This document shows positions 1-20,382 of a DNA stretch of 64,000 nucleotides, piece after piece. The DNA comes from the human T2T-CHM13v2.0 reference genome, Homo sapiens: positions 2,336,001-2,400,000 of the forward strand of contig CP086569.2 in the NCBI GenBank assembly GCA_009914755.4, in the 5' to 3' direction. Position 1 is the first letter of the stretch. Every line of letters begins with the position of its first letter. The notes under the pieces were generated by a model. That model was given only the letters and a program-made list of their open reading frames with translations. It was not told the DNA's origin and searched no databases. The translations under genes and the position numbers were made by a program.

Positions 1-285
1 TCATAGTTGCATTCTCTTTTTTTTTGTTTACAAAGCCAATCACCAATAACTCGGAAAACAAAAACAAAAAAAAAAAAAATGAACACATTGTTGAGCTCGC
101 TTCTGAGAAAGATTCTGCATTGTGAATGTCAGGATTCCACATTTCTGAAGCACCTTTGCTCCTCCAGAAAGCATATCTCTAGTTTCATGGTGATACGAGA
201 GAGAAATGACAATTGTCTGTATTATCAGGATGGCCCATTGTGCTCTGTGGATCTCAATCAATGTGGACATCAGCCATGATCAAGC

Positions 286-877
286 TCTTTCTTTTCTCTC
301 TCTCTCCTTCCTTCCTTCCCCCTTCCCCTCCCCTCCCCCTTTCCCTTTCCTTTACCTTGTTTCTTGCTTCCCTTCCCCCTCCCCTTCCCTTCCCTCCTCT
401 CTCCTCCTCCCTCCCCCCTTCCCCCTCCCCTTCCCTTCCCCCTCCCCTTCCCCTCCCCCTCCCCTTCCCCCTCCCCTTCCCTTCCCTCCTCTCTCCTCCT
501 CCCTCCCCCCTTCCCCCTCCCCTTCCCTTCCCCCTCCCCTTCCCTTCCCCCTCCCCTTCCCTTCCCCCTCCCCTTCCCTTCCCCCTCCCCTTCCCTTCCC
601 CCTCCCCTTCCCTTCCCCCTCCCCTTCCTTCCCCTTCCCTTCCCCCTCCCCTTCCCTTCCCTCCCCTCTCCCCTTCCCTTCCCTCCCCTCTCCCCTTCCC
701 TTCCCTCCCCTCTCCCCTTCCCTCCCCCCTCCCCTTCCCCCTCCCCTTCCCCCTCCCCTTCCTCCTTCCCTCCCCCCTCCCCTTCCCTCCCATTCCTCCT
801 CTCTCCCCCTCCCCTACCCCCTCCCCTTCCCTCCACTTCTGTCCCCCTTCCCTTTTCTTTTCGCTTCTTTTCTTTTC
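286..877. repeat. (CCCTT/CCCCT)n-like polypyrimidine simple repeat, ~590 bp. It is polypurine on the minus strand.
   Basis: Uninterrupted C/T-only run ccttccccttcccctcccc on the + strand. The 'proteins' in the ORF track here are repeat translations. Confidence 0.9.
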
Positions 878-1035
878 TTGAGACAGGATCTCACTCTGTT
901 GCCCAGACTGGAGTACAGTGAAGTGATCATGGGTCACTGCAGCTTCGACCTCCTGGGCTCAAGCCGTGCTCTCTCCTCAGCCTCCTGAGTAGCTGGGACT
1001 ACACACGCACACCACCATGACTGCCTAATTTTTTA
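878..1035 (-). mobile_element. Alu fragment (3' half)
   Basis: Reverse-complement Alu consensus gagacaggatctcactctgttgcccag...cctcctgagtagctgggactaca. Confidence 0.75.
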
Positions 1036-1049
1036 AATTTTTATATTTT

Positions 1050-1345
<296 letters not shown>

Positions 1346-1351
1346 TAATGT

Positions 1352-2495
<1,144 letters not shown>

Positions 2496-2742
2496 TTTCT
2501 GAGACATCAATAGACTACGTGTTGGCAGAATAATTGACTTTGCAATTTACATTGGTGATATAGGAGGGACAGATCCTGCTTCTCGGAAACCTCCATGATT
2601 TGCCCATGTGCCTGCGTCCTCCTTTGCAGGTGCGGTGTTTGGGAAGGAGCAGTGAGCCACAGGGGGATGGGAGCCCAAGGTGTGGCCCTGCAGGGAGGGT
2701 CCAATGGCCCATGAGTGTGGGTGATTCAAGAATGTCAGACTG

Positions 2743-3048
2743 GCTGGGCACGGCGGCTCACTCCTGTAATCTCAGCACTTTGGGAGGCCAAGGCAGGCAG
2801 ATTACCTGAGGTCGGGAGTTGGAGACCATCCTGGCCACGATGGTGAAACCCTGTCTCGACTAAAAATACAAAAATTAGCTAAGTGTAGTAGCAGGTGCCT
2901 GTAATCCTAGCTACTTGGGAGGCTGAGGCAGGGAAGTGCTTGAACCCAGGAGGTGGAGGTTGCAGTGAGCCAAGATCATGCTACTGCACTCCAGCCTGGG
3001 CAACAGGGTGAGACTCCATCTCAAAAAAAAAAAAAAAAAAAAAAAAAG
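2743..3048 (+). mobile_element. Alu SINE
   Basis: ggctgggcacggcggctcactcctgtaatc start and a 3' poly-A tail. Confidence 0.9.
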
Positions 3049-3260
3049 AGCATCTGTCATTTGCAACAACACGGGTGAATTTGAAGGATATTGTGTTCAG
3101 TGAAATAAGCCAGGCACGGAAAGACAAGTACCACATGATCTCATTCCTATGTAAAAGTCTAGAAACCTTGGTCTCACAGAAGCAGAGAGCACAGTGGTGG
3201 TTACCAGGGGATGGGCATGGGTGGGGCATGGGAAGATGTTGGTCAGAGTATTACAGGCCA
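3049..3260 (+). mobile_element. L1 (older L1M/L1PB-type) 3'-end fragment
   Basis: tcatttgcaacaacacgg...gtgaaataagccaggcacggaaagacaagtaccacatgatctcatt...ggtggttaccagggg matches the old-L1 3'-end consensus. Confidence 0.6.
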
Positions 3261-3363
3261 CTAGACAGGCATGGGCGGGCAGGAGAGGGCTCTTCCACCC
3301 ACCAGCAATGCCAGGTGCTGGTTCAGCGATGATCGCATTGCCTCTCTAAAAAATGATAAATTG

Positions 3364-3635
3364 GCGGCTGGGCACGGTGGCCCACGCCTGTCATCCCAGC
3401 ACTTTGGAAGGCCGAGGCAGGTGGATCACGAGGTCAGGAGTTCAAGACCAGCCTGGCCAAGATGGTGAAACCCCATCTTTACTAAAAATACAAAATTAGC
3501 CAGACATGATGGTGCATGCCTGTAATCCCATGCTTGAAACCGGGAGGCGGAGGTTGTTGCAGTGAGCTGAGATCGTGCCACTGCACTCCAGCCTGGGCGA
3601 TAGAGTGAGACTCAGTGTCAAAAAAAAAAAAAAAA
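3364..3635 (+). mobile_element. Alu SINE
   Basis: ggctgggcacggtggcccacgcctgtcatccc start and a poly-A tail. Confidence 0.9.
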
Positions 3636-4061
3636 TTGGCAGCCTGTGGCAGGGAGAGACCATTTCCTGATGTTCCACACCTGTCACACTCAATTGTTCA
3701 TTGAGTGCAAGTGCCGTGGAAACACAACTTCCTAAGCATGCACATTAGGAGAAAACATGGCGGAATATGACCTTCTGAGGTCACTCCACTGGAAACAGGA
3801 AGAAAGCCTCAGATATGGGCACACTACAACTTCCTAAACCTCATGCTCACCTCCCAAGCATAAGGAGGGCACTGTGCATGCGGGCAGCTCACCCTAGGGG
3901 AAGAATCATGGGAAAGGGATACAAGATGCTAGAAGTGGACCAGCCTATAAGGTCCTGTAAAGTTAAACACCACACTTGTTCTTCAGGGCGCCTGCTTGGG
4001 TCTCTTTCAAGTGTACTTCCGTTCTTTTCTGTTCTGAAGCTTTTAAAATAAACTTCCACTC

Positions 4062-4422
<361 letters not shown>

Positions 4423-4515
4423 TCAAATTCTTTCTTCTGAGGATGCAAGAATTCCAGTGGCTGCAGGCCTGTATGGATTCATCACTGGTAACTCAGATAC
4501 CTTCCACCACATTAT

Positions 4516-4672
4516 AATAAAAGGGCAGAACATTTCAGTTAGACCTAAGGAATAAGTTCAAGAGATATATTGCACAATGTGGTGATTGTAGTTAATATCA
4601 ATGTACTGCATACTTGAAAACCACTAAGACAGTAGATTTTAACTGTTTTCACCACATTAAAAAAATAAGTAT
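4516..4672 (+). mobile_element. L1 (L1M-type) 3'-terminal fragment, probably the continuation of the 3049-3260 element
   Basis: aataagttcaagagatatattgcacaatgtggtgattgtagttaatat...tacttgaaaa..actaagacagtagat...tttcaccacat. Confidence 0.55.
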
Positions 4673-4673
4673 G

Positions 4674-4974
<301 letters not shown>

Positions 4975-5245
4975 TTATGGTAATATGTTAATTAGTTTTA
5001 GTTACCCATCCCATAATGGATACATATTTCAGTATATGAATGGAATGTTATGTTGTATATCAGAAGCATATCTAATTTTTGTTTGTCAATGACAAAAAGA
5101 AAATAGTCCTCATCATTGTGACTGGCTCAGGCTAAACACATACACTATTTTTATTTCTGCAGTTACTCTTCTATTTCTGTGCTACGTCTTAAAATTATCC
5201 ATTGCAAATGGCATGTAGCTTTGAAAATATAAACTTGCCACCTGA

Positions 5246-5577
<332 letters not shown>

Positions 5578-6157
5578 TCCGTCATAGTTTCTAAAACACC
5601 CACGCCACAACAGTAATCTTGACTCAACTTCAGCTCCTCATCCTGTGTCTAAGCCAAGTTTAGCCGAAGAAAACATCTGCCAAGAAAGTAAAAACAAAAA
5701 CATCTGCCAAAGGCAAGAACCCGGTGGGAAGCCCCCTGAGCCCAGTGGCCTGCAGAGTCTGTTCTAGTGACAAAGCAGGCAACTGGAAGAGATCAGGGCT
5801 GCGAGACAGCGTGGGTGGGTTTTTATCTGCTGCTTCTGTAAATTCATTGCATGATACGTCTGTTTTTCAGAGGTCCCAAAGCAAAGAAACAAAGCCCCAC
5901 AGAGTTCACCCAGAGGGAAGGCCTTCATTGGATCAGGCTATAAGAGAAGGACTCTCCCCTGAGAAAGATAAATACTTATTTTGGGGCCGTGTTTAGAGAA
6001 AAAGGAAGAACGATGGCTTTACCATAGAAACATTTACTTATTTTGTGATTTGAAAATGGACTTTTATGTTTTAGGAATTATGTGGACGGGATGTTTTCTT
6101 GGGTGATCGATTTGAAATTGCAGAGGGGAGCAGGTGCCATGTGCTGGCAATGGCCAG

Positions 6158-6306
6158 CCTTCCTTCCTTCCTTCCTTCCTCCATTCCTCCTACCCCCCGT
6201 TTCTTCCTTCTTTCTCTCTCTTTCTTTCCTTTTCTCTTTCTTTCTTTCTTTTTCTTTCTTTTCTTTCTTTCTTTCTCTCTCTCTCTTTCTCTCTCTCTCT
6301 CTTTCA
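6158..6306. repeat. (TTCC)n/(TTTC)n/(CT)n simple repeat
   Basis: ccttccttccttcc then tttctttctttc then ctctctct. Confidence 0.9.
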
Positions 6307-7736
6307 TTTTGTTTGTTTTAATGAGTGAGAGTAAAGAGAAAGAAAAGAACTGTTTTTATTTTTTGTCTACCTTTATTGTAAGGAGAGAGTGAGGATACCA
6401 TGCCACACATGCAGGGTCCTGAGCAGAGGGCTGCACCCTGCTTAGTTCTAAAGACACCTAGACTTTATCCTGAAAGCCACTGAGAGGCCCATATTTTGAA
6501 ACACTCAGCCTCTCAGAAGAGGATAGAATGGGTTGCCAGTGTAATAGGGAGAGAAATCGAACATAGCTGACTCCATCTTGCTTCTGACTCCTCAAGCTAA
6601 CTGCTTTTAGGCACTTCTGCACACGGGCCAAGTTAATCATGGAAAGAACTTAGATTACAGTTTAACTGGAAAGCAAGGATGATAAGAGTTCCTTTCCAAA
6701 ACTAACCTCTGAGGAGATAAGAAGGGCATGCACACAAGTAACAATGTTATATTGAAGACTTGTAGGAGCGCTGTGACCTGAGCAAGGACAAAGTTTTGCA
6801 ATCTCCTTGGGCCCCTGCTGATGCCCAAGTGTCTGTGGTCACCAGCCACCCCCCTCACCTCAGTCTCCTCCTTGTTCCCCTTCAGTGTACCCCTTCAATG
6901 TACAAAGAAGCTTGAGATTCATGCCTTTAAAGATGGTTCGTTAGGACATGGGTCCAGTATCTTCCTGACTTGCTGGCTCTCCAAATAAAGATGCTTTTCT
7001 TGCTCTAACTTTTTGTCTCGTGAATCATTGGCTGTTATGCAGTGAGCCTCAGGAACTTTGGACTCCACAGCACCAGGACAACTCTCAGGACTCCCAGTCT
7101 CTATTGGGTGCAGGAATCACTGGGGAGTCTGGCTGAAGTGCAGACTCTGATTGAGGAGGCCTGGGACACGAGGCCTGAGATTCTGCATCTCCAGTAAGCA
7201 CCAAGGGGATGTTGATGCTGCTGATCCAGGGACCACACCTTGGAGAGCAATGCTGAGAAGCTGGTGGAAGAGCCCAGGCTCATGAAGATCTGAACATGGT
7301 CCATAGCAGGGAGGTTGGGGAAATGAGATAAAAATGTTAAAAATGGCAGTTACCTTCCTGGAGAAGAAATGGCTTTTCCATTCCTTATTAGGCTCATGTC
7401 TTTGGAACTAGCCCCCACTGGTCTCCTTCCTGTTATATACCTGCAGTTACCATGTTCTTGTTAAGGAAGAATGGCAAATGCAAAAAAAAAAAAAAAAAAA
7501 GAGGAAGTTGATCATGTTTGGTTGCTTTTGGTCATCACAATAAATAAATAAAATCTGAGATTTCCCCCTGACTTTGCAAATGTTTTCTTCCAAGGAGAGC
7601 AACAGACATGTGTCAGCCTTATTGGATTTCTTTGGTTCCCGAACAGCCTGCCATGAGGTATGAAGGACACATGACCTTTTATGTAATTGGTGAGACCCAA
7701 TGTCTTCCAGATGTTGGGTGTCTCATCCCAGTGTGA

Positions 7737-8087
<351 letters not shown>

Positions 8088-8152
8088 TAACCTAGATGTT
8101 GGTTCTTAATTTATCTTGAGTAAAAGTTGTCTTTGCTAATATGAATTTTTAA

Positions 8153-8540
<388 letters not shown>

Positions 8541-8829
8541 GAAAAGGTGATTTTAAAGGCAAAGAAGCGAGATGACTTGAGTAACGGTGTTCCCCATGCA
8601 TGGTTATTAACAAATGTTTCCTGACTGCTTACCTGTCAAAAACATTGAACAGGTAGAATGTGTGGTCCCAGGAGGTGACAAACTTCCTATTTTAAATGAA
8701 ATATTTCAAAACAGATTAGACGTCCAAGTCAAAGGGGTGATAAGGAATTTCATGGGAGTTCAATGATCTTTTAAAAAAAAATGATTGTAAGCCTATTAGG
8801 AATTAGCATATAAAGTTTGCTATGGTCCG

Positions 8830-9625
<796 letters not shown>

Positions 9626-9942
9626 TTAGAATGTGTCTCATCTCCCTTGTATCCATTTCCCAGGGCTGCTGTAGCAAGCCATCACACACCAGGTGGCTTA
9701 CAACTGGGATTCATTCTGTCGCAGTTTTGGAAGCAGAAGTCTGAAATCAAGGTGTGGGCAGGGTGGGTTCCTTCTGGAGGCTCTAGTGGTGGATCCGTTC
9801 CTTACCGCAGCCCCGAGCCTATTCCCATGGCCTCAGGGGCTTCCCATACAGTGCATAGGATGGCCTCACCTCAGAAAGTGATCCAGACCCGAATGTCCAC
9901 AGTGCTGAGGCTGAGAAACCCTGTCTTAGCTTCAAACGCACA

Positions 9943-10082
9943 CATACACTCTCTCTCTGTTTTGCTCGCTCGCTCTCTTTCTCTCTGTCTCATATATTGA
10001 TCTAGCTGTCTATCTATTTCTCCGTAGGTATCTACCTATATCCATCTGTCTATCTGTCATCTACTTCTTTTTCTTTTTCGTT
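9943..10082. repeat. (TCTA)n/(TC)n simple repeat, left part. The array is split by an Alu.
   Basis: ctctctctgt...ctatctatttct...ctatctgtcatctac. Confidence 0.8.
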
Positions 10083-10358
10083 AGAGACAAGGTCTTGCCC
10101 TTTCGCCCCAGCCAGACTGCCGTGGCGTGATCATAGCTCACTGCAGCATCAAATTCCTGGGCTCAAGCAATCCTCCTACCTCAGCCTCCCAAGTAGTTGT
10201 GACTATAGGGGTGCACCACCATTTCCTGCTAGTTTTTAAATTTTTTGTAGAGATGGGGTCTTGCTATGTTGTCCAGGCTAGTTTCAAATTCCTGGGCTCA
10301 AGCAATTCATTCGCCTTGGCCTCCCAATATGCTGAGATTACAGGTCTGAGCCATAGCA
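10083..10358 (-). mobile_element. Alu SINE (older, AluJ-like) inserted into the (TCTA)n array
   Basis: Diverged reverse-complement Alu. (TCTA)n flanks both sides. Confidence 0.8.
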
Positions 10359-10935
10359 CTTGGCCTCTCATGTATTTGTATCTCTATCTGTCTCTCTCTC
10401 TCTTTCTCTCTCTCTCTGTCTCTCTCTTATCTATGTATCCATTCATCCATCTATCCATATCTATCTATATATCTATCCATATCTATCTATATGTCTATCT
10501 GCCTATGCATTTATCTATCTATATCATCTATATATCCATTTATCCATCTATATTATCTATCCATATCTATCATCTATATATCTACCTATTCTTTCTATCT
10601 ATATATCTATCCATTCATCCATTTATCCATATCTATCATCTATATATCTATCCATAACTATGTATCTACCTATCTATCCATTCATCTATCTCTATCCATC
10701 TATCTATCTACCTACCTGTCTGCCTATTCATCCATGTATCTACCTCTATCCATCATTTATCCATGAATCTACTTCTTTCTATCAATATATCCATACATGT
10801 ATCTATATCTATTTAGCAATCATCTATCCATGTATCTATTTGGATCTCTATCAATCCATGTATTGATATTTACCTATCTATGCATTAATGTATCTATATC
10901 CATTTATCCATGTATCTCTATGTATCTCTACATTT
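10359..10935. repeat. (TCTA)n/(CATC)n compound tetranucleotide array, right part
   Basis: atctatctatatatctatccatatctatc, continuing as ccatccattcatcc. Confidence 0.9.
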
Positions 10936-11537
10936 CATATACATTTGCACTTCTTATATATGCTATGTCTCAAACACGTGCCCACTCACATTTGCATGTG
11001 TGTCTGAATGTATACACACATACACACACATTTAGTGAAGGGGCACCCTGACTTGATTTGTACATATCTCAGTGGTGACAGTCATCAGCAAGAAGCAGCC
11101 CCAGGACCTGGGCTGATTGCACCCTTCTCAGGCCCCAGCCTGAGTCCCAAGCATCACTGCGGAGGCTCACAGAAGAGTCCACCCAGCCAAGGCCACCCCT
11201 GGGACCTCTCCTCACTGGAGGAGCCTCATGCCTTTGGCTTCCATTTCTCTTCAAACGGCATAATGAACACCCACACTCCTGGTGTGCCCTTGGGATATAA
11301 AATTAGAGCCAGATTAAGCATGCTTGCTGGCCCTGTGGTGACCACTACAAATGAGGTGTTTTCCACTTCCCATCATTTCCATGCAGTGGTATTTAAAAAG
11401 GAAATGGTTTCCATTGCAAAACATTTTCTGTGACTTTTGGCTGCAATATTTTGCTGCTTATGCTTTTTTTCTCATATTTTCCTTCCCCTGCATATATTTT
11501 CTTTACATTAAAATTTTTCTTTAAAAATATTCCTTTC

Positions 11538-11838
11538 TTTTTTTTTTTTTTTTTTTTTTGAGACAGTCTCGCTTTGCCACCCAGGCTGGAATACAGTGGC
11601 GCAATCTCAGCTCACTGCAACCTCCGCCTCTGGGTTCAAGTGATTCTTCTGCCTCAGTCTCCTGAGTAGCTGGAATTACAGGCGTGCACCACCATGCCCA
11701 GATAATTTTTGTATTTTTAGTAGAGACAGGGTTTCATCATGTTGGCCAGGCTGGTCTTGAACTCCTGACCTGAAGTGATCTGCCCGCCTCGGCCTCCCAA
11801 ATTGCTGGGATGACAGGCGTGAGCCACCGTGCCCGTCC
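11538..11838 (-). mobile_element. Alu SINE flanked by a ~100-130-bp direct duplication
   Basis: Poly-T, then gagacagtctcgctttgccacccaggctgg. The flank tttaaaaaggaaatggtttccat.gcaaaacattttctgtgacttttggctgcaatattttgct appears on both sides, at ~11393 and ~11853. Confidence 0.9.
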
Positions 11839-12529
11839 TTGCCTTGGCATCTAAAAAGGAAATGGTTTCCATCGCAAAACATTTTCTGTGACTTTTGGCT
11901 GCAATATTTTGCTTCTTATGCTCTTTTTTTTCCTCATACTTTTCCTCCCCTGACTACATTTTCTTTAAGTTTTTTCTGTACATTAAAAATATTATTTATA
12001 TGTTAAGTATAAAGAATATTTCAACCACTCTTCTGTAAATTAAACAAAAAAGAAGCTGAATTTTCCAAAAGTGACATGCAGTACAACAGCATCTCCGCAG
12101 GCAGACGAGAAAAAAAGTGATCTCTCCCAACAAAAAAATGCTGACAGTAAGAAATTAAGCCCCATGTTTTTATGTGAAAACTCCCGGTTCAAAACCATAC
12201 AAACATTGAAACCTCATGTGAAGAAAATTGTCCGCCAAATTCATCTCTATATTTTATTTGCTCTTCTTGAGGATAATTTGGAATACAATCAGTCCTCTGC
12301 CAGAATAATGTTTATTACTCCATTTATTCCAAAAAGCATGTTAGGAGGCTTTCAGACAAAATGGCTTTAATTTGACTTTTAAAACAGAACGGCAACATTC
12401 TAGGAATCAGAGCCAGAAGTCAATGCCTTTTATAGTTATCTATTTTCAAGAGTTGAATTTTCCTGGCACAACAGTACTAGAAGATAGAACCCCAGTTGAA
12501 TGGGCTTTTCATTCTTAGTCCTATGACTT

Positions 12530-12828
12530 TCTTTTTTTTTTTTTTTGAGATGGAGTCTTGCTCTGTCACCCAGGCTGGAGTGTAGTGGCATGATCTCGGC
12601 TTACTGCAACCTCCACCTCCCAGGTTCAAGCGGTTCTCATGCCTCAGCCTCCTGAGTAGCTGGGATTACAGGCTCATGCCACCATGCCTAGCTAATTTTT
12701 GTATTTTTAGTAGAGACAGGGTTTCACCATATTGGCCAGGCTGGTCTCGAACTCCTGACCTTGTGATCCACCCGCCTCGGCCTCCCAAAGTGCTGGGATT
12801 ACAGGTGTAAGCCACTGTTCCCGGCCCT
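12530..12828 (-). mobile_element. Alu SINE
   Basis: Reverse-complement Alu consensus with a 5' poly-T. Confidence 0.9.
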
Positions 12829-12869
12829 GTCCTGTGACTTTCAAGGGGGGACAGCCCTTGACATGTAAT

Positions 12870-14752
<1,883 letters not shown>

Positions 14753-15222
14753 AGTTCCTGTTGTTCTATACCACTGTTTGTGGTCATTTGTTATGCCACT
14801 CCCAGGAATCTCTTTCATACCCTCTAGTCTCCTCTGAGTCCCTCAGGCAGCAGCACACCCCTCCCAACGGCTGCACCACCTGGTTATGAGCCCAGGCTCC
14901 GCATGTCACCCCAGTTCAGCTCTCTGTGGCCGCAAGGCCCAGCACAGAAGCTCCTGACCATGGCCTCCCCATCCCTGAATGGCCCTTCCCACCATTGCCT
15001 GCTTGGACACTGACTGATACGATCCTGCCCTCCCTGTCATCTCGGTGATCCCTTCTCCTTCTCAGGGCTCTGTTCCTTCCTGCCTTTGCTCACACATCCC
15101 CTGTTGTGTGACAGATTTTTTTTTTTTTAATTTCAATTGTTTTGGGGGTAGAAGTGGTTTTTGGTTCCACGGATAAATTCTTTAGTGGTGATTTTTGAGA
15201 TTTTAGTGCACCTGTCACCTGA

Positions 15223-15567
<345 letters not shown>

Positions 15568-15599
15568 AATATGTAGCCTTTTATCTTCACCCACCTTCC

Positions 15600-16853
<1,254 letters not shown>

Positions 16854-17297
16854 TAGCACAGCTTTTTATTACTGTGTGTGCATGGAGCAACAAGACCCTT
16901 CAGCATTGACCTGCAAGCACTCCTTCAGCCCTCAAGTTGGAAGACGTTGCAACATGACCCTATGAAACAATTGCTAGGTATTTCTCCCAGAATCCAGCAC
17001 AGAGCTGACCATTCCATAAATAGTTCTGGATTGGCTGATAAATATTCCTCTGTAATGCTTTGTGTATATTGGAGTTAATGAAGATGTGTTGACTTAAAGC
17101 TATTAAACTTGTGGCAACCAATCAATGTCTGTAGTCTTGTTATCAGAAGTGCACCAGTGTTGGTGACCTGGCTCTGATATTGCACCCCAATCCTAATAGA
17201 AAATGAAGCTGGGCTAAGGGCAAATGAAACTCTAGGTGGGGGTCTTGTGTACTTGCATCTTCCTTAGACTCTTTAATTATCTCAAAAGGAAATTTAA

Positions 17298-17762
<465 letters not shown>

Positions 17763-18113
17763 TGAAGTTGACTTAACATCATTCCCTGTTAAGGAGAGGT
17801 AGTTTTATTACATTGAGTAACAAATCTGTCTGCTTCTTTGAAATCAGGGTTAAGCATTAACTAGAACCCATGATGGGGTTAAAGTGATGGATGCATAAAC
17901 ACACACACATACACAGACATGCATGCACACCTGCACACACATCAATTAAAATTCGGTTCATTGATTTGCCGGTGACGAGAACCTGCAAACAGAATGTGCA
18001 GGTGTCCTGATCTGACCCTGGAAGAGAGAGAAAGGTTCAAAGATGAGCTCTTTTAGTTTCAAGATATGAGTCAACTGCCTTGGATTCATTTCCTTGTTTT
18101 CTTTTTTTTTTTA

Positions 18114-18345
18114 ATATTAGGGATGTCAATGACTCCTCATAAGATGATGAGGAGAGATAGATGGTATAAAGTGTATTATAAATGTGATGGTTCTTACTGC
18201 CTGCTTAAGGTTCTAGTGCAATAGAATATTAGGGATGTCAGTGATTTCCTCATAAGATGATGAAGAGAGAAAGATGGCATAAAGTGTATTATAAATGGTG
18301 GTTCTTACTGCCTGCTTAAGGTTCTAGTGCAATAAAATATGAGAA
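18114..18345 (+). repeat. Local tandem duplication, 2 copies of a ~116-bp unit
   Basis: atattagggatgtcaatgactcctcataagatgatgaggagagatagatggtataaagtgtattataaatgtgatggttcttactgcctgcttaaggttctagtgcaatagaat is repeated with ~90% identity. Confidence 0.85.
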
Positions 18346-19082
18346 ATACATGGCTTATAATTCAGGCAGCTATTAATGTGATCCTGTTGGACTTTTGTCT
18401 GCCCATATATGGCCAACCAAGACCGAACAAAGTATATTCCTTAAATGTTGGAAGAATCTGCAAACCACAGACTAGCCAGTTTGGTGTTAATCGCCAGAAG
18501 ATGATTAACCATGGAAATCAAAGCCAGATAAACAGTTTCTGATCATAAACTGAACATGTGTGTGGACCTCCCCTTTCTCCAGCCCCAAAAAGGATTGCAA
18601 AGCCCTTGAGGATGCTTTATCTTGTGTCGCTCAGGGTGCCTAGAAGAGCGTTGAAAACTGGCAAATTCTCCATAATGTGTGTGTTGGCATGGGGAAGTGG
18701 GGACGATGGGAAGCTCATTAGGTACGCAGCCATTAGCTTTTGCAGCAAAACAAACCACCCCAAAACGTGGTGCTTTAAAACAATACCCATTTAGTTCGTT
18801 CCCGATTCCGTGGCTCAGCTGTTCAGGTTTGGCTCAGTGAGGCAGCTCTGGGGTCAGCTGGATTCACTCATGAGTCAGTGCTCAGCTGCCGGGTGGCCAG
18901 GAGCAGGCTGGTTTGGATGACTCAGCTGGGGCAGCTTGGTTTAGCTCCAACTGGTCTCTCAGCCTTCGCTGAGGCAGCTCATGCTTATGCATATGGCAGC
19001 CGGGAAGGTTTCCAAGCCAGGGAGCTAAGGCGTGAACAGCCTCTAAAAGCCCAAGTGCAGAAATTTTTAAAAAATGCTTATT

Positions 19083-19300
19083 TATTTGTTTTCAGAGACA
19101 AGATCTCACTCTGTCACCCCGGCTGGAGTGCAGAGGCACAATCATAGCTCACTGTAACTTTGAACTCCTGGGCTCAAGTGATCATCCCACCTCAGCCTCC
19201 CAAGTAGCTGAGACTCTAGGTGTGCACCACTATGTCCTGCTATTTTTTTTTTTTATAGAGATGGGGTGTCATTGTGTTGCCCAGTTTGGTCTCAAACTTC
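19083..19300 (-). mobile_element. Alu fragment (old, diverged)
   Basis: gagacaagatctcactctgtcaccccggctggagtgcagaggcacaatcatagctcactgtaac. Confidence 0.7.
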
Positions 19301-20081
19301 TGGCCACAAGAGATCATCCCCACCTGATCCCAGACTGCCTACCCACCCTCACCTCCCAATTCTCTTCCTACTCATTAAGGTCATAATTTTTTCCCTCAGT
19401 GTCTGTGTTTTTGCTCATGTGTGTATGCTCTCTGAAATGGAGCATTTTCTATCCGGAAGACTCCTACACGTTCTGCACAACCCAGCTTAAATGCAGTCTC
19501 CTTCGTGAAACATTTCTCAACCAGCATGGCCTCCATTTTTCTCCTTTTTCCTCGCACAGCACTCTGCGCAGCACTCTGTGTCCATCATCTGTAGACTATA
19601 TCACGTTGTGTGAGATACATTGTTATTTTTGGTGGTGGTCGTGGTGTGTTTTGTTTGGTTTTTTGCTCTTCCTCAATGGAACAATTGGGCTATTTGATGA
19701 AAGAAAAAGGACTTACTCACCTTGGCATGCTTTGCATGTAGGAGACAATCTGTAACACTCTATTTGCTAAGTCAATGTTTATTGGATAAATCAACATAAT
19801 TTTCATGTTATTACATTACAGTGCTTAAATGTGCTTGCGTCAGCTCTGTAGCTACAGTGATGCACATATTGTTGTTGGAAGAGATTATATTTTTCATAAA
19901 TGGCCACAGCAATATTTCTGTCCCACACTCTCTTCCAGAACCTTGGTGCTTCCCATCAAGAGTGGGAATCTGATTCCCTTTTCCTTGAAATTGGGTGGAT
20001 ATTTGTGGCTGCTTTTGTGCAGAGGGGTTGCCACATGACTTCAGAAACCAGGTTGTAAATGTGCTGTGACTGCACATTATT

Positions 20082-20382
<301 letters not shown>

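Noticed and set aside
206-988. The long ORFs at 206-988 and 213-881 on the + strand and 254-937 and 270-836 on the - strand encode Pro/Ser/Leu-rich or Gly-Arg-Lys-rich 'collagen-like' proteins.
   Set aside because: They are pure translations of the (CCCTT)n polypyrimidine repeat in all frames and on both strands. There is no start context and no complexity.
5701-5760. A weak resemblance of aagaacccggtgggaagccccctgagcccagtgg to CD99 exon 3 aagaaacccactgcaatccccaagaaacccagtg, which could be a CD99P1-like pseudo-exon.
   Set aside because: The similarity is too short and too poor. There are no splice sites and no flanking homology. It needs an alignment search before any claim.
18640-19075. A segment with repeated ggctcagctg/ggtttggctcag motifs that resembles a Tigger/MER-type DNA transposon.
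   Set aside because: The match to any consensus I can recall is only impressionistic. RepeatMasker is needed.
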